Shown here: piece after piece, positions 58,837 to 64,000 of the stretch
Layout of the letters: each line of letters starts with the position of its first letter
Numbering within the stretch: position 1 is the stretch's first letter
NCBI GenBank assembly: GCA_050633305.1
Contig: JBOEGF010000008.1
Location: 488,249 to 552,248 of the forward strand
DNA: 64,000 nt
DNA from: Nannocystales bacterium
Lineage (GTDB): Bacteria > Myxococcota_A > Polyangia > Nannocystales > Nannocystaceae
Reading direction: 5' to 3'
Notes under the pieces: model-generated
Told to the model about the DNA's origin: nothing
What the model saw: the letters and a program-made list of their open reading frames with translations, nothing else
Databases searched by the model: none
Translations under genes and position numbers: made by a program

Positions 58837-59901
58837 TCAACCGCGCAGCGGGTAGACCAGGTTCTTGCAGCCAGCCGCCGCACAGGCCGTACGCACGCCA
58901 TCGACGAGCGGAGGGGACACGACGAACTTGCGGTCTTTGTAGACCCGGAACGGATGCCGCTCGCGGAGCGTCATGTAGCGGGCTCGCTCGACGTCCCGGA
59001 TCCCCTCAGACAAGAGCGGCGCCAGAGGGTCGTTGCTCTTCTCCTCTCGTACATCGAGGGCGGCGACGTCCGTCGCAAACGAGGACAGCATCAACGGGGA
59101 ACCGTCTTGGGCCTTGCACGCAGCAGACCACGCTGCATCCGTCGCGTCCGGCTTGGACTCCAGCACGGTGATGTTGTGCCCCTCGTGTGGGATCGAAAAA
59201 CGCATCGGGCCCAAGATGCCCCGTTGCACGCGCTCCACATGGACGCCCTCGAGTTCGTGCAGCCGGATGAAGAGTGTCTCCGCGTCGTAGGATGCGAACC
59301 GATACACCATTCCGCGGAGCGCCTCCGTCCCCGACGCGACCTCTCCCTTGGTGTCGAGGTCGACCAGCTTGTGAGACCAGACGCTCGCGGTCTGGGTGAG
59401 GTCGATGACCACCCGGAGATAGGCTCCGGAGCCATCGAGCTTGGTCAGCTCGACACGAAAGCTGGCTCGCGATGACTCGGGCTCGTGCCGACGCAGCAAG
59501 ACGCGGTGTTCATCGACGGGTGCAAGCGTGAGGGTTTGCAGGAGCTCGAAGTAGCGACGCTTCGCGGCCATCCGGGCAAAGACCTCGGCCTCATCGCGTT
59601 TGGCGTCGAGCGCGGCCTGGCCCTCATAGCCTGGCAGTGCCTTCTCGCCCACTCCGCGGTCGGCCAACGGCCGAGTGAAGCTGGCCATGTTGGGCAACCC
59701 CGACCGCGAGTCGAGGTACACGCCGTCGTACAACCCGTGGTGAGCTTGAGCCGCGAGCGCGCGGAGCGTGCCATCGAGCTGCCGCCGCTCCGGAAACGTC
59801 TTGTTCAGCCGCGCGGCACGGATCGCCCGGCCGAGCATGCCGAGGTACGTGGAGGAGACCGGCTCGAGCAGATGCTGAGTATGCAGCGCGACGAGTGCCA
59901 C
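58837..59901 (-). CDS. Hypothetical cytoplasmic protein
   Basis: Long ORF with coding-like codon bias, starting 6 bp after the coiled-coil gene. No family recognised. Confidence 0.8.
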   Translation of the reverse strand: MALVALHTQHLLEPVSSTYLGMLGRAIRAARLNKTFPERRQLDGTLRALAAQAHHGLYDGVYLDSRSGLPNMASFTRPLADRGVGEKALPGYEGQAALDAKRDEAEVFARMAAKRRYFELLQTLTLAPVDEHRVLLRRHEPESSRASFRVELTKLDGSGAYLRVVIDLTQTASVWSHKLVDLDTKGEVASGTEALRGMVYRFASYDAETLFIRLHELEGVHVERVQRGILGPMRFSIPHEGHNITVLESKPDATDAAWSAACKAQDGSPLMLSSFATDVAALDVREEKSNDPLAPLLSEGIRDVERARYMTLRERHPFRVYKDRKFVVSPPLVDGVRTACAAAGCKNLVYPLRG

Positions 59902-59907
59902 GAGCTG

Positions 59908-60984
59908 CTAGGCGCCTTCGGAAGAGGGAGTGTCGCCACGCTGGGCGCGGTTCTTGAGCGCCTTGGCGATCGCCTTTTCGATCCGCTCTTCCTCGATCTG
60001 CTTGGAGAACTCGATGTTGTCGTCGAGAACCTTGGTGGTCGTCTCGTCGAACGTGTCGAGATCGTTGAGCAGGTCGTCGAGGTTCTTGCGGAAGAACACC
60101 TGGGTCTCGCTGACGAACTGCGTCGTCGCGTTCATCGACTCGGTCATCACGTCAAGACTCTTCTTGAGCTCGAGCATCACCACCGATGCGTCGGCTGCGG
60201 TCCCAATCGCCTGAATCTGGGCAGAGGCCATGTCGAGCTTGATCGACGCGGCGGTTGTGTACTGCCCGATGTCTTGGCCCAAGTTGCGGATCGTCTGCAC
60301 GAGTTTGCGCGTGTTGCTCTTGAGACTTGCGTAGCGGTCCTCGGCCGAGGAGTACAGCTGCAGGTTGGCCGAGTGCATCGCCAGCTGAGCGCGTGCCTTG
60401 TCCTGCTTGCCCTCGAGTTCGCGCGCGTCAACGCTTCCGGCCTCGATCGTCTGCATCTCGGCGTCGATCTGGTCGATCAGCGCCTTGAGCTCCAGCACAT
60501 GGTCCGCTGCGACCGACTCGTTGGTGGCCATCTCCACGATCTTCTCGTTGATGCGGTCGATCTCGGTATAGAGGTCTTGCTCGCTCTGCTTGAGCGTGTC
60601 GACGTACTCCGCCGCCTCTTTCACCCGCGTGGCGCTGATCTGATATTGCTGCTTGAGTAGCTCCTCGATCGAGCGCTGAGAGATCGCGATGTTCTTGAGC
60701 CCCGGCAGGTGGCTGAGCATCTCCTTCATGCCCGCCCAGAAGCCGCCCTTGGTCGCGGTTCCGTCGATGTAGTCGCTGAACTTGCGAAGCTTCCCGACCT
60801 CTTCCGCCAGCGACTTTTGAATCTCGACGTTTCGCTCGCGAAGACCCTTGAGCTCCTCGACCTTAACGTTCTGGACGGATCGTTCCTCGTGGATATTGTC
60901 CTCGAGCGATTTGACCGAAATGCCTTCGCCGCTATAGGCGACGTCCTTTTGCAGAATGTCGAGGTTGAGCTTCTCGCCGGCCAT
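59908..60984 (-). CDS. Long coiled-coil protein, possibly TelA (toxic anion resistance)-like
   Basis: Almost entirely helical. The amphipathic GGFWAGMKEMLS segment followed by ELLKQQYQ...LKQSEQDL resembles the TelA layout. The family call is tentative. Confidence 0.7.
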   Translation of the reverse strand: MAGEKLNLDILQKDVAYSGEGISVKSLEDNIHEERSVQNVKVEELKGLRERNVEIQKSLAEEVGKLRKFSDYIDGTATKGGFWAGMKEMLSHLPGLKNIAISQRSIEELLKQQYQISATRVKEAAEYVDTLKQSEQDLYTEIDRINEKIVEMATNESVAADHVLELKALIDQIDAEMQTIEAGSVDARELEGKQDKARAQLAMHSANLQLYSSAEDRYASLKSNTRKLVQTIRNLGQDIGQYTTAASIKLDMASAQIQAIGTAADASVVMLELKKSLDVMTESMNATTQFVSETQVFFRKNLDDLLNDLDTFDETTTKVLDDNIEFSKQIEEERIEKAIAKALKNRAQRGDTPSSEGA

Positions 60985-60996
60985 GGCCGCCACAAC

Positions 60997-61440
60997 TTAC
61001 ACAGCGCCCGGGGTCCGTGTCGCGCCAGTGCGGGCCTGGATGTCGAGCTCGGGGTACCCCGTCTGCGGATCACGGGTGCGGTCGAAGCGAAGCCCGGGAA
61101 GCTCGAGGAGGACCAGTTCGGCGGTGGTGTGCACGATGCAGCCCGCGCAGACATGCCCACCAAGGCACCGGCCGTCAGCATCCGAGACCATCGCATGGAG
61201 ATGCGCGCCTCCCGCACCGACCGTGCCATTGAGACTCACGACCTCCCAAGGGCCCTGCAGCGCGCGGATCTCCTTCGCGCCCGCGAGCCGGATTCGCGCG
61301 ACGCTCAAGCTACCGACCGCAGACACGACGCCCGCGGCCGCGACCGGAGTCGACCGCGCAAACGCTTCCAGGGCTTCGCGAAGGTCTGCTCCAGGTCGCA
61401 GCCGGAGCGCGTGGGCCACAGGAGGCTCAGAAGTCCGCAC
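60997..61440 (-). CDS. PPC/DUF296 domain protein
   Basis: Motifs LRLRPGADL, SAVGSL, EVVSLNGT, HLH, GGHV, TTAE and DPQTGYPEL. Confidence 0.9.
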   Translation of the reverse strand: MRTSEPPVAHALRLRPGADLREALEAFARSTPVAAAGVVSAVGSLSVARIRLAGAKEIRALQGPWEVVSLNGTVGAGGAHLHAMVSDADGRCLGGHVCAGCIVHTTAELVLLELPGLRFDRTRDPQTGYPELDIQARTGATRTPGAV

Positions 61441-61562
61441 GGTTTCACTGTAGCGCGTGCCCTCTACGCTTTCCCGGGTGATCTCCCGAGGTTGCACGCC
61501 ACGAGTTCTTTTTTGCGGGAAATCCAAAAGGAAACGGTCCCCCAGCGACAACAAACGAATGC

Positions 61563-62135
61563 GTGGCGCGCCCCTCCGTCCACTGCGGGTCCTCCGACCC
61601 CGAACCCTCAAAGCCCGATGTCGAGCAGGTGTATCGGGCCTACGTGGGCTACGTCTTCCGCCTGATCCAACGGTTCGGCATCGGTCGAGACGAAGTTGAG
61701 GACGCCACACAGGAGGTTTTCATCATCGTGCATCGCCGATTGCCCGAGTTCGACCCGCGGCGCGCCGCGATGAAGACCTGGCTGTTTGCGATCGCCCGGG
61801 GCGTCGCAGCCAACCGTCGCCGCGGCAACGCGCGCCGGCTCCGAGTCGTCGTGAGCGGTGCCGCATGTGACCGCGATGCGCGTCCCAGCCCGGAGCAGCA
61901 AATGCGCCAGCGCGAGACGCTTCAACGGGTCGGCAACTTTCTCACCACCCTACCGCCACACCAACGCGAAGTGTTCGAACTGATCGACATCGAAGGCATG
62001 CGAGGCCCCGAAGTCAGCGAGACGCTCGGCATCAACATCAACACCATCTACACGCGCCTGCGTCTCGCGCGACAGGCATTCAAACGGTTCGCGGGCACGC
62101 TGGGGCCCGACGTGGAACGGGGGGCCTCCACATGA
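61563..62135 (+). CDS. ECF RNA polymerase sigma factor
   Basis: Region 2 VEDATQEVF...KTWLFAIAR and region 4 QREVFEL...EVSETLGININTIYTRLRLAR. Confidence 0.93.
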   Translation: MARPSVHCGSSDPEPSKPDVEQVYRAYVGYVFRLIQRFGIGRDEVEDATQEVFIIVHRRLPEFDPRRAAMKTWLFAIARGVAANRRRGNARRLRVVVSGAACDRDARPSPEQQMRQRETLQRVGNFLTTLPPHQREVFELIDIEGMRGPEVSETLGININTIYTRLRLARQAFKRFAGTLGPDVERGAST

Positions 62136-63490
62136 ACGACGCATGGGATCCAACTGAAGACCTCGAACCGCTCGACGACGATTCGCAGAGCCTGCTCGCG
62201 TCGTATCGCGATGCATCCGGTCCCTCCGAAGATGCGCAGGCGCGAATGCTCGCCGGCCTACGCGCCCGGGTCCGAGCGGAAGACAGCGCCAACAAGCCAA
62301 CGATCGCGGCGCCGGCCGAGGGCCCCACCGCTCCACGAGAGCGTCGCGTTTCGTCGAACACCCGCACTTTCTCGGTCGCAGCCATTGCGTTCGCCGCAGG
62401 GGTTGCACTCACGGTGTCTCTCGGCGGTCCCCGTGGTCCACAGCAGTCGGACCCTATCCACAGCGGGGGTGCGGAGCAGGTCGTTCGCCATGAGGCGACC
62501 GACCTCGGCCCGGCCCGAACCGAAACGTTCGAGCCTGCGGGTCACGCTTCAGCCGCCCCCCTCTCCGTCCCGAACGTCGTGGAACCCATGGCCGATCGCC
62601 CCTGGCCGCTGTCGGTCGCGGACCTCGCCAAGCCCTACGCCACGGTACCGGACGGACAGCGAGCGCCCCAGGCCGTCGACGAAGTCCAGCCGGCGCGAGC
62701 CCCCACGCCTCGAGCCGTCGCACTCGGCGTCGACGGCGAGGGGAGCGACGACACATCCCCTGCAGCTGGTCGCAGCGGCGCGGATGATGGGCCCCAGCGC
62801 AACGACCGATGGGAGGGCGCCGCGGCATCCCGCGACCCGCTGCAAGGAAGTCCCGGCCCATCCTCGACAGGACGAGGGACCGCCATTCGAGGCGCATGGG
62901 CCCCCTCGGTGAACAGCGCCCCCGGGGGAGCTGGCGTGGGTTCAGCTGCAAGAAACCCGGCCGTCGCCGATCCGTCTCCTGCGGTCCCAGACTCGGGGCC
63001 AAGCCCGTCCGACACGGGTGCAGACGGTTCCTCGGAGACGCCTTCCGATGAGCCTCCGCCCGCCGACGATCCACCCCACTCCGACGAGGCCGAAGAAGAA
63101 TCCGAGGACGAGCAAGGCGAAGACGAGCCGCCGCTTGAAGAATTCTGTTCTGACGAATACGCCGCTTGCATGGCAGATGCCGAGAGGTTCTGCCAGGCCT
63201 ACGACCCCGCGTGCATCGAGGTCTTCGAGTTCTGCGACATGCGCAACATGCTCTGCATGGGTGAGGAGGACGGCTTCCCGCCCCCGGAGTCTCCGCTCCC
63301 CGACCCTGACCATGACGCTGACCCCGATCCTGAGGAGTGCGAAGTGCTGTTCGGCATGTGTGAAATGGAAGCTGATGCGTTCTGTGAGGAGGACGAGATG
63401 CTCCACGAGGACTGCGAGCACATGCACTGGATGTGCGAGGACGAGAGGGCCATGTGCTACGGCGAGCCCCCACCCGAGCCATGGTGGTGA
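62132..63490 (+). CDS. Putative anti-sigma factor (single TM, Pro-rich linker, two C-terminal six-Cys repeats)
   Basis: ATGA overlap with the ECF gene; short cytoplasmic N-terminus; TM segment FSVAAIAFAAGVALTVSL; acidic Cys-rich C-terminus. Confidence 0.75.
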   Translation: MNDAWDPTEDLEPLDDDSQSLLASYRDASGPSEDAQARMLAGLRARVRAEDSANKPTIAAPAEGPTAPRERRVSSNTRTFSVAAIAFAAGVALTVSLGGPRGPQQSDPIHSGGAEQVVRHEATDLGPARTETFEPAGHASAAPLSVPNVVEPMADRPWPLSVADLAKPYATVPDGQRAPQAVDEVQPARAPTPRAVALGVDGEGSDDTSPAAGRSGADDGPQRNDRWEGAAASRDPLQGSPGPSSTGRGTAIRGAWAPSVNSAPGGAGVGSAARNPAVADPSPAVPDSGPSPSDTGADGSSETPSDEPPPADDPPHSDEAEEESEDEQGEDEPPLEEFCSDEYAACMADAERFCQAYDPACIEVFEFCDMRNMLCMGEEDGFPPPESPLPDPDHDADPDPEECEVLFGMCEMEADAFCEEDEMLHEDCEHMHWMCEDERAMCYGEPPPEPWW

Positions 63491-63506
63491 CCCACTCCGC
63501 TCTTCC

Positions 63507-63539
63507 AGCCCTCAAAGCGTCGCTTTGGGGGCTTTTTTT
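63507..63539 (+). terminator. Rho-independent terminator
   Basis: agccctcaaagc-gtc-gctttgggggct followed by a T run. Confidence 0.8.
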
Positions 63540-63687
63540 GTCCACGCGTCCAGCAGGGCGAGCGAGCGTTCCGCAAAAAAACTGTTCTCCCAGAGACGGA
63601 ACGGCTCAGGGCAGCACAACAACCCAACAAGAGACGGCCGCGGCCGCAATGTCCTCAAAGGACACCCACAGAAAGTCCAAGAAAAAG

Positions 63688-64000
63688 ATGAACCGCTCCA
63701 AACTTCTCATTTCTGCCCTGGGTCTTGCCCTCTCATCGCTCGGCGCGACCGGGTGCGAGCTCTTCGACCTGCCCATCCCCGGCGACGGAGAACCGCCCAT
63801 CCCCGGCGACAGCGACCCCGGCGATGACGGCGGGGATGAAGGGCCGGGAGACGGATGCGCCGAAGAGTTGGACGCCTGCTACCTCGATGCCGAAGCCGCC
63901 TGTGCCGAGGACCCCGATGCGTGCGAGGGGGCGTTCGAGTCCTGCTTCGAGCTAGAGAAAGGCTGTTGGGGCGAGCCTCCGCTCGACCCCTGCAGCGAGG
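63688..64000 (+). CDS. Acidic Cys-repeat lipoprotein (runs off the window)
   Basis: Absent from the ORF track. Manual translation: MNRSKLLISALGLALSSLGATGC-ELFDLPIP...CAEELDACYLDAEAACAEDPDACEGAFESCFELEKGCWGEPPLDPCSE. Confidence 0.8.
   Translation, partial: MNRSKLLISALGLALSSLGATGCELFDLPIPGDGEPPIPGDSDPGDDGGDEGPGDGCAEELDACYLDAEAACAEDPDACEGAFESCFELEKGCWGEPPLDPCSE

Overview
GC-rich, gene-dense bacterial DNA. It looks myxobacterial (Myxococcota, probably Nannocystaceae-like). This is inferred from two Ser/Thr kinase-TPR proteins, many lipoproteins with DTD/SSSTG linkers, Cys-rich repeat proteins and a DUF1592/DUF1552 pair. About 50 CDSs are supported; most other long ORFs in the track are antisense shadows. 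In order, the window holds: a truncated methyl-accepting chemotaxis protein that the ORF track missed; a degenerate metallo-beta-lactamase-fold gene coupled to tadA; an acyl-CoA dehydrogenase; a + strand run of GltS-like symporter, lipoprotein, TonB-dependent receptor, Eis-like GNAT, tal-pgi fusion, glk and acyl-CoA ligase; a complete ebo gene set split into convergent halves (eboD-E-C and eboA-B-F) around a four-gene insert; two kinases; a GAF-GGDEF cyclase; a CPBP/TPR/GT4 group; a TetR/P450 pair with visible tandem operators; a Cys-repeat lipoprotein; cytochrome c with a sulfite-oxidase-family enzyme; a membrane protein with a Lys/Gly tail; a DUF296/TelA-like/unknown/HTTM cluster; and an ECF sigma/anti-sigma/lipoprotein trio sharing a six-Cys repeat I do not recognise. 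I found no rRNA, tRNA, CRISPR array, transposase or phage genes. All family calls come from motif recognition by eye, not database searches.
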